The notes under the pieces: generated by a model
Database searches by the model: none
What the model was told of the DNA's origin: nothing
The model's input: the letters and a program-made list of their open reading frames with translations, nothing else
Part shown: positions 8,640-16,931 of the stretch, piece after piece
How positions within the stretch are numbered: position 1 is the stretch's first letter
How the letters are laid out: each line of letters opens with the position of its first letter
Made by a program: the position numbers and the translations under genes
Source: a virus
Taxonomy: Duplodnaviria > Heunggongvirae > Uroviricota > Caudoviricetes
DNA length: 64,000 bases
Virus record (IMG/VR): IMGVR_UViG_3300033993_002218
Location: 1-64,000 of that record
Strand: one strand, 5' to 3'

Positions 8640-8930
8640 TTAAAAGAATTCTTTAATCATTTGCTTGAGATGCCACCAAGTTGATTTGGGTTTGTCTTCT
8701 TCAAGTGGGTTTTCCCTCTGCTCAAAATCCTTTCCATTTCGACCACAGAGAGATTTATCTTTCCTGACTTCAATACAAACCATATCAACAGCATAAACTA
8801 TGCCTTTAATGTAATCCAATTCTTCAACATAATGCTTTTGGCAAACATGAAAAAGACCAGGAATCAAACGACAATGCTTACAATCGCGGCAAGCAGGAAT
8901 CGGTTCAAGTAGAGAGTAATTTTCAGACAT
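8640..8930 (-). CDS. hypothetical Cys-rich protein (96 aa, trimmed start MSENY). Possible zinc-binding CxxCxxC.
   Basis: CRDCKHC...C...C pattern. The ORF-track N-terminal extension overlaps the upstream gene. Confidence 0.5.
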   Translation of the reverse strand: MSENYSLLEPIPACRDCKHCRLIPGLFHVCQKHYVEELDYIKGIVYAVDMVCIEVRKDKSLCGRNGKDFEQRENPLEEDKPKSTWWHLKQMIKEFF

Positions 8931-9510
8931 TGAATTCCATATCAACAAGAACCATTCTAGGTGCAAGATGAGCAGTCAACTCACCAATAACTTCAGCATC
9001 AACAAGACCAAGTTTACTCTGAATTGCTTCAGGAATCAACTTCAGAATCATTTCCCGAAACCTGTCATCCTCAGCAATATAACAGGATACTTCATCAGCA
9101 AGTGCTTCAGCAAGTCGTTCGTAACTTTGTTGTGTAAGTCCCACTGCTTTTTTCTCCTGTGTGTTGTTTTTTTGAGGTGTTACGTTATGAATCCACTTCT
9201 CATTCTTATGTTCTGCAATTAGAGAACGATTTACCCAACGATCAATGTCACTACCATAATACTCATTGATGATATTGGTCGTACACTGATCGCACTCAGA
9301 ATCACTGAAACCATATCCACGATACATCTCATTTGCATAGATCGTATCATAAATGATCTTCTGTGCAATTATAGGTTCAGTGTTGGTTGTGATTACTGCA
9401 TAAACAAGTGCATTGATCTCTTCAATGACTGAATCGGGAGTGTAAGAATAGCATTCCCATTCTTTACGATCACAGTAGAGTTTGTGAACGACATAATCAA
9501 AGGTAATCAT
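8923..9510 (-). CDS. hypothetical protein (195 aa)
   Basis: ORF track. Confidence 0.6.
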   Translation of the reverse strand: MITFDYVVHKLYCDRKEWECYSYTPDSVIEEINALVYAVITTNTEPIIAQKIIYDTIYANEMYRGYGFSDSECDQCTTNIINEYYGSDIDRWVNRSLIAEHKNEKWIHNVTPQKNNTQEKKAVGLTQQSYERLAEALADEVSCYIAEDDRFREMILKLIPEAIQSKLGLVDAEVIGELTAHLAPRMVLVDMEFNV

Positions 9511-9644
9511 TTGTGAACCTCGTAGTAATCGTACTCAAAATCGGCAGGAAGTTGTGCAGTAGCAGCAGCAAGACAACTTGCAATCACCTTGTACCATGCA
9601 CCATACTCATCGAAGAAGAAGTACCGTTTGGGTCTCATGTTCAT
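9507..9644 (-). CDS. hypothetical small protein (about 45 aa)
   Basis: Hand-translated MNMRPKRYFFFDEYGAWYKVIASCLAAATAQLPADFEYDYYEVHK. It directly follows a cassette. Its stop overlaps the next ATG as ATGA. Confidence 0.35.
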   Translation of the reverse strand: MNMRPKRYFFFDEYGAWYKVIASCLAAATAQLPADFEYDYYEVHK

Positions 9645-9728
9645 GGGAGTGTTCCCTTGACTACCTTTGTATTATAAGGCATCTGGTTCCCCTGTGAAGT
9701 GCCCTGTGTGCCAGTTGTTCAGGTGTCC
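9645..9728 (-). promoter_or_regulatory. intergenic cassette (type A)
   Basis: tgtattataaggcatctggttcccctgtgaagtgccc then tgtgtgccagttgttcaggtgtcc. Confidence 0.55.
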
Positions 9729-10303
9729 AGAAGTGCCAGAATTGCCTTAAGTGTATCCTTAAGTTTCTTGTTTTCTTCCTCAAGTTCTTTAACTTTTTCA
9801 GAAAGTGAAGTGGTATCTTGAGAAGGTTCTTCTTTCCCATCAAGAATGGTTTCTGTTACATTTGCACCCTCAAGGTTGGCACCCTCAAGGTTGGCATACC
9901 TAAGGTCGGCACGATAAAGGTAGGCACCCCTAAGGTCGGCACCCCTAAGGTCGGCACGATAAAGGTCAGCACCCCTAAGGATGGCACCCTCAAGGTAAGC
10001 ACCCCTAAGGTCAGCACCCCTAAGGTCAGCACCCCTAAGGGCGGCACAACTAAGGTTGGCATCCCTAAGGTAGGCACCCCTAAGGATGGCACCATAAAGG
10101 TCGGCACCCCTAAGGGCGGCACAACTAAGGTCGGCACCCTCAAGGTCGGCACCACTAAGGTTAGTACCCCTAAGGTTAGCACTCACAAGGTTAGCACTCA
10201 CAAGGTGAGCACCGCTAAGGTTAGCACCCACAAGGTAAGCACACCCAAGGTAAGCACCCACAAGGTTAGCACCAGGTTTGATTTCGTATCCGTTGATGTT
10301 CAT
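9719..10303 (-). CDS. pentapeptide-repeat protein (about 194 aa) with a C-terminal coiled-coil tail
   Basis: About 28 tandem A(D/N)L(R/E/S)G pentapeptides (GADLRGADLRGAYLEGA...). The ORF-track start is a TTG inside the cassette. The first ATG is MNINGYE. Confidence 0.75.
   Translation of the reverse strand: MNINGYEIKPGANLVGAYLGCAYLVGANLSGAHLVSANLVSANLRGTNLSGADLEGADLSCAALRGADLYGAILRGAYLRDANLSCAALRGADLRGADLRGAYLEGAILRGADLYRADLRGADLRGAYLYRADLRYANLEGANLEGANVTETILDGKEEPSQDTTSLSEKVKELEEENKKLKDTLKAILALLDT
9850..10270. repeat. tandem 15-bp DNA repeat (ggcacccctaaggtc-like) encoding the pentapeptide repeats
   Basis: Near-identical 15-mers seen directly. Confidence 0.8.
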
Positions 10304-10385
10304 TTGGTTGGGTTGCTTATGAATCAATTATAAGGCATCTGGTTCCCCTGTGAAGTGCCCTGTGTGCCAGTTGTTCAGGTGTCCT
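10304..10385 (-). promoter_or_regulatory. intergenic cassette (type A). Near-identical to the copy at 9645-9728.
   Basis: ttataaggcatctggttcccctgtgaagtgccctgtgtgccagttgttcaggtgtcc is repeated verbatim. Confidence 0.55.
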
Positions 10386-10551
10386 CGTCGTTCAAAATAG
10401 TGATGAGTTCTTCAGTAATTTTATCCAGTTTCCTACCAAAATGCTTTGCTGTGGAATTGTCGTGACAATCAAGCAAAAAATCAGAAACACTTTCAAGTTG
10501 AGGAAGAATTTTAACTCGGATTAGTTGTTCTTTGGTAATTTGGTTAGTCAT
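10375..10551 (-). CDS. hypothetical small protein (about 58 aa)
   Basis: Hand-translated MTNQITKEQLIRVKILPQLESVSDFLLDCHDNSTAKHFGRKLDKITEELITILNDEDT. Its stop TGA lies inside the cassette box. Confidence 0.35.
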   Translation of the reverse strand: MTNQITKEQLIRVKILPQLESVSDFLLDCHDNSTAKHFGRKLDKITEELITILNDEDT

Positions 10552-10766
10552 TATCGTCCAGTAAGATAAGAGGTTTTCAGTTTTTGAATGTTCTCCAAGT
10601 GTTTGTAGAGGTTTTTGAGTTCTTCACTTTTTCTTTGTTTGAAAGAAATAAACTCTTCATTATGGTCGGCACATTCTCTGCTCCAACTACTAACAGTCAC
10701 AAATACCTCATCAATTTCTTTTTGAATAAGGTGTTCGCAGTATGCATAGGTGTCTTTTTCAGTCAT
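10551..10766 (-). CDS. hypothetical protein (71 aa, trimmed start MTEKD)
   Basis: GGAGAAAATTGAA-ATG Shine-Dalgarno. The internal start abuts the upstream stop. Confidence 0.45.
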   Translation of the reverse strand: MTEKDTYAYCEHLIQKEIDEVFVTVSSWSRECADHNEEFISFKQRKSEELKNLYKHLENIQKLKTSYLTGR

Positions 10767-10767
10767 T

Positions 10768-10992
10768 TCAATTTTCTCCGTTGAGTTTTGCGATTTCACG
10801 TTCAAGGTCACAAATGCGGTCAGTCATTTGTTGAAGAAGCATAATCAACGAAGCACTACTGATAGTTCTGCCACAATCATTTGAAATATCGTTTGCCATC
10901 TCACGATATTCACCATAAACAAATAGTAGTTCTTCACACTGAGCAACACTCTTGTAATTTCCTCTATCAAGAGTTCGGGAAAAAATAGTCAT
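10768..10992 (-). CDS. hypothetical protein (74 aa)
   Basis: ORF track. Tightly coupled. Confidence 0.5.
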   Translation of the reverse strand: MTIFSRTLDRGNYKSVAQCEELLFVYGEYREMANDISNDCGRTISSASLIMLLQQMTDRICDLEREIAKLNGEN

Positions 10993-10994
10993 TT

Positions 10995-11180
10995 TCAGTA
11001 GTTGAGTTCGGTGATTTCTTGTGTGGTGTTACCACACCTAAAGTCATCATAAATCCAATCTTGGATGAATTCAATGAATCCTTCTTGTGTAGGAGTTTCA
11101 CCAGTTTCTTCACAACACTCAAGATATACTTCGGGAGAATACTCAATAGAGCGTGTTACAATCACAGATTTGATGGTCAT
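10995..11180 (-). CDS. hypothetical acidic protein (61 aa, trimmed start MTIKS)
   Basis: The upstream stop TGA is followed by A-ATG. Confidence 0.45.
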   Translation of the reverse strand: MTIKSVIVTRSIEYSPEVYLECCEETGETPTQEGFIEFIQDWIYDDFRCGNTTQEITELNY

Positions 11181-11181
11181 T

Positions 11182-11355
11182 TCAGTTCTGGTGTTGTTTG
11201 AGGTGAAGTTTGATACAATCCATAACATCATCAAGAGTTTTAGCAGTACCACTATAGTAGTAATCCATATTCATTACATCTGTAACCCTGAGGGTGTAAG
11301 AAAAATAACAATCAGTAGAATACTGCTTGATGTCTATGTAAGTTTCGTAGTCCAT
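11182..11355 (-). CDS. hypothetical small protein (about 57 aa)
   Basis: Hand-translated MDYETYIDIKQYSTDCYFSYTLRVTDVMNMDYYYSGTAKTLDDVMDCIKLHLKQHQN. Confidence 0.35.
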   Translation of the reverse strand: MDYETYIDIKQYSTDCYFSYTLRVTDVMNMDYYYSGTAKTLDDVMDCIKLHLKQHQN

Positions 11356-11567
11356 CAGTTCTTAAAGAGTTTGTAGATGGCATCAGCAATAGCAAGTGCT
11401 TCTTCCTTATTCATACAAATGAATGAATGTCGTTTATCACCTCGCTCACTATCTTCTTCCCAATAGGAAATAGTGCAACCAGGACAACCCACATCAGTAT
11501 GAATATCTTCTACCTGATACCAAAAACCATTATGATCTTGGATAGTAATTTGAGTGCTGATTTTCAT
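11355..11567 (-). CDS. hypothetical protein (70 aa)
   Basis: ORF track. A cassette lies upstream. Confidence 0.5.
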   Translation of the reverse strand: MKISTQITIQDHNGFWYQVEDIHTDVGCPGCTISYWEEDSERGDKRHSFICMNKEEALAIADAIYKLFKN

Positions 11568-11650
11568 AGGAGGTTTCTGTGTGTATGAGACTATTATAGG
11601 GCATCCAGAGGAGTCTGGAGTGCCTCAGTGTGCCAGTTCGTCAAGTGTCC
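11568..11650 (-). promoter_or_regulatory. intergenic cassette (type A)
   Basis: tgtgtgtatgagactattatagggcatccagaggagtctggagtgcctcagtgtgccagttcgtcaagtgtcc. Confidence 0.55.
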
Positions 11651-11865
11651 TTCCACTGATTGACTGCATCAGGTTGTTCAATCCAATCCTTTGGATTACA
11701 ATCAGTTGCCATCGCAAAATCAATCTCAAGTGTTTGATTACTCTTATTCACACGAGGAACACCATACTGATACTCAACACCATTTACAGGTGCGTAGTTT
11801 TGGTAAATCCAAGTGAAGAACTCTGCCAAATCAATTTCAATAGTTCCTTCAGCAGTAAAAGACAT
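11641..11865 (-). CDS. hypothetical protein (74 aa, trimmed start MSFTA)
   Basis: The ORF-track N-terminus MPYNSLIHTKE is the translated cassette. AAGGAGG lies upstream of the internal ATG. Confidence 0.55.
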   Translation of the reverse strand: MSFTAEGTIEIDLAEFFTWIYQNYAPVNGVEYQYGVPRVNKSNQTLEIDFAMATDCNPKDWIEQPDAVNQWKDT

Positions 11866-11950
11866 TTGGAGAACCTCCTTTGTGTGTATGAGACTATTAT
11901 AAGGCATCTGGTGCCCCTGTGGAGGGGTCTTGTGCCGGTTTGGGAAGTGT

Positions 11951-12433
11951 CTACCAGGATGCTCGATAGATGAAGTGATAATCTTCTGGTGTATTTTCCA
12001 GAATCTTAGTCAGAAGTTCATAAGTGTATTCAATATTATCAAAGTAGTATTCATTAATCTCAGTGCTTCCGAAGAAGAAACCACCTTTAGGGCAAAGAAG
12101 TTCTTTTGCTTGTTCTGCATCTTTAGTCAAACTCAGTTGACCACAAATATCTTTCAGAGCAACCAAAGTTTCTCGATAAACTTCAATCTCTTGACATTCA
12201 TCTACACCATTAGCACAGTTACCCACAAAGTATTCGTGAATGGCATTTACCTTTCGCCAATACCCAACTTCAACTTTGACATATGCGGAAACAGACCCAA
12301 TTTGTTTATCCACAACATCACTCAGTTCTGCAAACTCTACAAGTTTATCAAACTTTTCATTATCCTTTCCTTCTTTATCCCAACTACAAAAACCAAATCT
12401 CTTTTCGGCATAGAGATACATATCAAGACCCAT
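11951..12433 (-). CDS. hypothetical protein (160 aa, trimmed start MGLDM)
   Basis: The same MPYNSLIHTKE cassette artefact is trimmed. AAGGAGAG lies upstream of the internal ATG. Confidence 0.6.
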   Translation of the reverse strand: MGLDMYLYAEKRFGFCSWDKEGKDNEKFDKLVEFAELSDVVDKQIGSVSAYVKVEVGYWRKVNAIHEYFVGNCANGVDECQEIEVYRETLVALKDICGQLSLTKDAEQAKELLCPKGGFFFGSTEINEYYFDNIEYTYELLTKILENTPEDYHFIYRASW

Positions 12434-12511
12434 TTGGAAACTCTCCTTTGTGTGTATGAGACTATTATAGGGCATCCAGAGGAGTCTGGAGTGCCTCAGT
12501 GTGCCAGTTCG

Positions 12512-13042
12512 TCAGGTGGCATACTTGGTGAGTAGATACCTGACATAATCATCAGGAGCATCACCCAAATCTTTACCATCAGGAACTACTTCTACATAAT
12601 GCCCGAACTTGGCAAGTTTTCTTCCTGCATCATCATTATCACAAACAGCAACCACAGGACGATTTAGCATTTGCAACCAGTTTCTATAATCCTTTGGAGG
12701 ATTATTTGCCATAGCAGCAAGAGCAGATTGCCCCATATTTGTCATACGGGCAGCATCAAAGATTCCTTCAGTCAGATAGACAACACCATCTGACTGATAG
12801 AGACTTTCGGTGCCCCATACAACTACTGTTTGGTGATTCTTGTTTCTGTAGGTATAGTATTTGCCCTCCAATTTAGAATTAAAGATTTTCTTATCACCAT
12901 TTGGGTTGTATTGTTGGTATCCTACCATTTGTCCTGATGGGTTCCAGCAATAAAAAGTGGCGATGTTGAGTTCTTCATCTAAAAATGGACGATGTAGTTC
13001 AAGGTTTAGGTGCCGTTGTTTTAGATGTTCTTTGAGGTTCAT
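12512..13042 (-). CDS. Toprim-domain protein (about 176 aa, trimmed start MNLKE)
   Basis: VVAVCDNDDAGRK resembles the Toprim DxD motif. The start lies in a 45 bp direct repeat that is also found at 13298-13341. Confidence 0.5.
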   Translation of the reverse strand: MNLKEHLKQRHLNLELHRPFLDEELNIATFYCWNPSGQMVGYQQYNPNGDKKIFNSKLEGKYYTYRNKNHQTVVVWGTESLYQSDGVVYLTEGIFDAARMTNMGQSALAAMANNPPKDYRNWLQMLNRPVVAVCDNDDAGRKLAKFGHYVEVVPDGKDLGDAPDDYVRYLLTKYAT

Positions 13043-13238
13043 CTGGAGTTTGTGTAAAATCAAGATAACAGTTGTATTCTGCACCCCAGTTATGAACTAC
13101 TAGAGTTTTACCTGAAGGAAATGTAATTTCAAGAGTCTCCCCAAAATCATTATCATAAAGAGAATAATCTTGAATATCACCATTTTCTTTCATAGTTTCC
13201 AACTCTTTAGGGTGTTTGATTTCGTAATGTAGTTTCAT
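12999..13238 (-). CDS. hypothetical protein (79 aa)
   Basis: ORF track. It is flanked by direct repeats R1 and R2. Confidence 0.45.
   Translation of the reverse strand: MKLHYEIKHPKELETMKENGDIQDYSLYDNDFGETLEITFPSGKTLVVHNWGAEYNCYLDFTQTPDEPQRTSKTTAPKP
13005..13048. repeat. direct repeat R1 (about 45 bp). Second copy at 13298-13341.
   Basis: aaggtttaggtgccgttgttttagatgttctttgaggttcat is seen twice and flanks one small-gene module. Confidence 0.7.
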
Positions 13239-13297
13239 AATGATTTACTTTTTGAGGTGGTGGTTCTTATCTAAAGTTTCAATATCATCATCAACGA
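13236..13297. repeat. direct repeat R2 (about 60 bp). Second copy at 13578-13640, partial third at 13690-13710.
   Basis: cataatgatttactttttgaggtggtggtt(c/t)ttatctaaagtttcaatatcatcatc. It encodes the tail ...DDDIETLDKNHHLKK-stop followed by ATCATT-ATG. Confidence 0.7.
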
Positions 13298-13343
13298 AAG
13301 GTTTAGGTGCCGTTGTTTTAGATGTTCTTTGAGGTTCATTCAT
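13245..13343 (-). CDS. possible 32 aa ORF or module remnant (MNEPQRTSKTTAPKPFVDDDIETLDKNHHLKK)
   Basis: Encoded entirely by repeats R1 and R2. It may be a recombination scar rather than a gene. Confidence 0.2.
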   Translation of the reverse strand: MNEPQRTSKTTAPKPFVDDDIETLDKNHHLKK

Positions 13344-13351
13344 TTTAATAA

Positions 13352-13579
13352 TCAGCAACTACCAAACCTAAAGGATTTAAAAATACTAACTCCAGAATCA
13401 TCACCATCAATATAACTTACAAAAAACCCCAACTTCTCCAACCTAATCCTATCATCATAAGGCACATCATCTGGGTCAATTTCTGCAGAGATAGTTAGTT
13501 CTTCGTGTTCACAATGAGTTGGATAATCTGGATTTCCGTACTTGGAAAATATTTGGAGTGCTTCAATCAGGTCGTTCAT
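13352..13579 (-). CDS. hypothetical acidic protein (75 aa)
   Basis: ORF track. Confidence 0.5.
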   Translation of the reverse strand: MNDLIEALQIFSKYGNPDYPTHCEHEELTISAEIDPDDVPYDDRIRLEKLGFFVSYIDGDDSGVSIFKSFRFGSC

Positions 13580-13585
13580 AATGAT

Positions 13586-13693
13586 TTACTTTTTGAGGTG
13601 GTGGTTTTTATCTAAAGTTTCAATATCATCATCGAAAAGTAATACTAGGAGAAAAATTACTACGAATGGAGAAAGGCAAATAAGAGCAAGCAT
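13586..13693 (-). CDS. possible small hydrophobic peptide (about 35 aa, MLALICLSPFVVIFLLVLLFDDDIETLDKNHHLKK)
   Basis: Predicted transmembrane N-terminus plus the repeat-encoded R2 tail. The junction KK-TAA-ATCA(C/T)T-ATG is conserved. Confidence 0.25.
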   Translation of the reverse strand: MLALICLSPFVVIFLLVLLFDDDIETLDKNHHLKK

Positions 13694-13699
13694 AGTGAT

Positions 13700-14431
13700 T
13701 TACTTTTTCAGAGTGGGCATCAGACGCAGACCATCACGGAAGATGGCATTTTTCATTTTACGCCTCACATCACTGAGGGTCTCCATAGTAGCAACGGTAT
13801 TTGCAAGAAACATTTTTTCAAGTTCCTCACGGATACGTTCAACCGAAACCTTGTTCAGCATTTCAGCAGCAAAATCGCTATTGACTGCATCCCAAGTTTG
13901 TCCTTCAATATTAAACCCTTTGGTAATGTGAAACCGCAGTGCCCTCATAACCCTCAGACCATCTTCTGCAATTCGGTCAGTAGGATTACCCACAAACCGA
14001 AGAAGATTATTCTCAAGGTCTTCACGACCACCGAAAGGATCCACCAGTTCCCCATCCAGAATTGCCATCGCATTCACGGTAAAATCCCGTCGTTGCAGGT
14101 CATCCATCAGGGTTCCGGGAAGAACAAAATCAGGACGACGACCATCACTACTCGGACCATCTTTCCGTGCCAGAACAAAGTCAGCAACAGTAGTTCTTTT
14201 CCTCACAGGATGCCACGTTGGAACTTGTGCCCGAACAGTGAAGAACTCAGGAGTTTCTAGAAAAACCTCAAATCCATCAACTTTCAAAACATTCACTAAG
14301 GTAGCAAATGCCTCATCGGCATTTGCGAACATCTTTGGATTTATCGGGATTGCAACGAAATCAACATCCTTGGAATCTACACCAAGAAACTTGTCTCGGA
14401 CTGCACCACCGACTTCTGCGAATTGGAACAT
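13700..14431 (-). CDS. tRNA nucleotidyltransferase (CCA-adding) / poly(A) polymerase family, head-neck only (243 aa)
   Basis: N-terminal VGGAVRD...D.D and RRDFTVNAMA motifs match class II CCA-adding enzymes. Confidence 0.8.
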   Translation of the reverse strand: MFQFAEVGGAVRDKFLGVDSKDVDFVAIPINPKMFANADEAFATLVNVLKVDGFEVFLETPEFFTVRAQVPTWHPVRKRTTVADFVLARKDGPSSDGRRPDFVLPGTLMDDLQRRDFTVNAMAILDGELVDPFGGREDLENNLLRFVGNPTDRIAEDGLRVMRALRFHITKGFNIEGQTWDAVNSDFAAEMLNKVSVERIREELEKMFLANTVATMETLSDVRRKMKNAIFRDGLRLMPTLKK

Positions 14432-14514
14432 TTGAGTCCTTTGCGTATGAGAGTATTATAAGACAAGAAAGAGCACCTGTGAAGTGCCCTGTGTGCCAGT
14501 TGTTCAGGTGTCCT
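14432..14514 (-). promoter_or_regulatory. intergenic cassette (type A)
   Basis: tgcgtatgagagtattataagacaagaaagagcacctgtgaagtgccctgtgtgccagttgttcaggtgtcc. Confidence 0.55.
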
Positions 14515-14516
14515 AC

Positions 14517-14642
14517 TTACTTCTTGACATCTCCACCATCAGCAGTTCTTGCGACTTTACCTGCTCTGGATGCTGATCTAAGTAATTTTAAGGCACCTCT
14601 TGCAATAGCAGCACTTTCTTGAAATTGCTGAAAGTTTTTCAT
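14517..14642 (-). pseudogene. truncated copy (41 aa) of the capsid-targeting internal-protein paralogs
   Basis: MKNFQQFQESAAIARGALKLLRSASRAGKVARTADGGDVKK-stop. About 85 bp is near-identical to 15343-15437, the N-terminus of 14673..15455. Confidence 0.4.
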
Positions 14643-14672
14643 TTATTTTAGGGAATAAAGAACATTTAGGTT

Positions 14673-15455
14673 TTAGTTATTATCCATATCTCTATATGTA
14701 CCCATCGTCTTACCAGTCTTTGGATTCATCTTTGCTTTCAATACCTTCGTATAGATCTTGTCTCTTTTTTCTTTTCCTTTTATTATGTCTTCACCACTCA
14801 TAATTCCTGAAGGTTCTGACGTAACTTTATCACCTGGGTTTGCACCTGCTTTCCATAATGCACTAGGTACGGCACCAACTTCTTTCCTGAAACTTCTACC
14901 TCTTGAGATCAAATCTTCTGGGTCATTTTTAGCATAAGATCTATCACTTAGAATTGCAACATCATGTACTGGTTTTGATGTACGATCACCACCTAACTGC
15001 TTTCTTAATGCTTTTGCGTGTCTTACTATAGATGCAGTTGATCTTACTTTTCTTGTTGCTCTTCCAGATGCAAGATTTTTATGTGGTACTTGATCTATAA
15101 CGTAATCACTTTGATTTTTATAAGTGCGGACCATAGTGGAATGATGAGGTGATGCCCATGCTTCAGTTTCTTTAGGTTGTTCGTTAGGATCACGTCTCTT
15201 GAATCCTGCCTTTTTTAGTACTACTTTATCTGAAATACTTCTTCTAGCATCTAGTCTATCCCATGTATTTTCACCTGGACCACGAGGAGGAACTGCTTTT
15301 GATTTTACATTTCTTGTTGCTCTTGCTGCTGATGTAACTCTTCTTCCACCATCAGCGGTTCTTGCGACTTTACCTGCTCTGGATGCTGATCTAAGTAATT
15401 TTAAGGCACCTCTTGCAATAGCAGCACTTTCGTTAAACTCTTGAAATGTCTTCAT
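14673..15455 (-). CDS. internal-head-protein-like basic protein with N-terminal capsid-targeting sequence (260 aa)
   Basis: MKTFQEFNESA... resembles the T4 IP capsid-targeting sequence MKTYQEFIAE, which is cleaved after Glu by the prohead protease. Basic, low complexity. Paralog of 15452..16276. Confidence 0.65.
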   Translation of the reverse strand: MKTFQEFNESAAIARGALKLLRSASRAGKVARTADGGRRVTSAARATRNVKSKAVPPRGPGENTWDRLDARRSISDKVVLKKAGFKRRDPNEQPKETEAWASPHHSTMVRTYKNQSDYVIDQVPHKNLASGRATRKVRSTASIVRHAKALRKQLGGDRTSKPVHDVAILSDRSYAKNDPEDLISRGRSFRKEVGAVPSALWKAGANPGDKVTSEPSGIMSGEDIIKGKEKRDKIYTKVLKAKMNPKTGKTMGTYRDMDNN

Positions 15456-16276
15456 TGCATTGTACCTACAAGTGCCTGAGTCACAGGATTCATTTTTGTC
15501 ATCCTATTTCCTGCAATCCTCTTATAAAGATCTGCTCTTTTTTTTCTTCCCATTACTTTATTTGTTTCACCTGGCATCACTGCTGCTGGATGAGCAGTGA
15601 CTTTATCACCTGGTTTCACATTCGATGTTGCAAGTCTTTGTGGAACATCTTTTAGTGTTTGAACAAATTCTTTACCTCTTCCGATCAGATCTGTCGGATC
15701 ATTTTTTCTATAATAATCTGATTTTGTTCCAATTTCAATATCTGCAACTTGTTTAGGAGTTCTTGTTCCTCCCAGTTGTTTTCTTAACTGACTTGCAAAG
15801 AATGCTCTTTCTCTTGATGGAGTTACCTTAAATCCACTTTGTTGTGTTCTTGCATTGAAACCATAAGACTTTTTATCTGGCAATTGTCTCTGTGCATATG
15901 CCGCTTGATTCGGATATTTTGAAACAATTGTTGTATAAAAAGAGGGTTCTCCTGATGGTGTTGATTTATAACTGTAAGACCGTGGTCTGGTTCTGTCATA
16001 ATCTCTAGCGTCAGATCGACTTGTTCTAAAATTTGCTTTTTTAAATGCTGCAAGATCGCTATTACCTAATTTACGATCAAAGTATCTTGTTGTACCTGTT
16101 TCGGGCATTCCTTTTGGTTCTACTACTCTTGATCTTACATTTCTTGTTGCTCTTGCTGCTGATGTAACTCTTCTTCCACCATCAGCAGTTCTTGCAACTC
16201 TTGATGCAGATCTTATACCCCGAAGTGCCAATCTTGCAAGGGCACTTTCCTCAAGAAACTCTTGAAATGTTTTCAC
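15452..16276 (-). CDS. internal-head-protein-like basic protein with capsid-targeting sequence (274 aa)
   Basis: MKTFQEFLEESALARLALRGIRSASRVARTADGGRRVTSAARATRNV... ATGA-coupled to the paralog downstream. Confidence 0.65.
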   Translation of the reverse strand: MKTFQEFLEESALARLALRGIRSASRVARTADGGRRVTSAARATRNVRSRVVEPKGMPETGTTRYFDRKLGNSDLAAFKKANFRTSRSDARDYDRTRPRSYSYKSTPSGEPSFYTTIVSKYPNQAAYAQRQLPDKKSYGFNARTQQSGFKVTPSRERAFFASQLRKQLGGTRTPKQVADIEIGTKSDYYRKNDPTDLIGRGKEFVQTLKDVPQRLATSNVKPGDKVTAHPAAVMPGETNKVMGRKKRADLYKRIAGNRMTKMNPVTQALVGTMQ

Positions 16277-16280
16277 TTTA

Positions 16281-16898
16281 TTATTTTGCAGTATTTCTAA
16301 CTTGATTAATTTTATCTCTTCTTGCTTCTAAATTGCGAATAGTTGGGTTATTTGCTGGAATAGGAGCACCCTTCACACCTCGATTAGACTGATGAATTCT
16401 AGTCCTTAATGTTTCAATCGTATCATCTAATTGTGTTTCCTTATAGAAAGATTTAGTTTCTGGATCTACTCTCATACCACGATTACGAGCATTTGAAAGA
16501 CCCCTGAATAGAACCTTACCAAGTCCACGAACTTCATTTAAATTTTGCTCAAAGATTGACTGCATCCATTCATCACTCATATTTTCAATAATTGCATAAG
16601 CAGAATCTAAATCTGATGCAAAATTCTCTGCAATTAAATAACCAGTTAAAAACTCATAGTGATCTGCAGTCATACTCATGCGTCTTGCAGTTACTTCATA
16701 ACGAGCTGCAGAATCTCTGTGACGCCTTCTATCACTAGCACTTGTTGCCGTTTCTGCTGCTTTTCTGTGTTTGTCAGCAGCTCCTTTTGCAGCATCGGAT
16801 GATGCAGCAGGCATAGAAGCACTACCAAATGCACCTTCAGAATATACTTGAGTATAATATAACTCTTTTAAATCATGTGCGATATTTTGATTATTCAT
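16281..16898 (-). CDS. hypothetical protein (205 aa). No capsid-targeting sequence. Possibly co-packaged or structural.
   Basis: ORF track. Sits between IP-like paralogs. Confidence 0.55.
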   Translation of the reverse strand: MNNQNIAHDLKELYYTQVYSEGAFGSASMPAASSDAAKGAADKHRKAAETATSASDRRRHRDSAARYEVTARRMSMTADHYEFLTGYLIAENFASDLDSAYAIIENMSDEWMQSIFEQNLNEVRGLGKVLFRGLSNARNRGMRVDPETKSFYKETQLDDTIETLRTRIHQSNRGVKGAPIPANNPTIRNLEARRDKINQVRNTAK

Positions 16899-16931
16899 AG
16901 GTCTACTTAAATTTGCCTTTATATTATTTAT

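Noticed and set aside
9850-10270. CRISPR-like regular repeats (15 bp pentapeptide array; also the 60 bp Gly/Tyr-rich array junctions)
   Set aside because: The repeats are coding and contiguous without unique spacers. The repeat-plus-spacer geometry is missing, and there are no cas genes.
11641-12475. Conserved N-termini MPYNSLIHTKE... and MLYDTLIHTRN... on several ORF-track proteins
   Set aside because: They translate the conserved -10/SD segment of the intergenic cassette (ATGCCCTATAATAGTCTCATACACAAAGGAG...). True starts are the first ATG after the SD.
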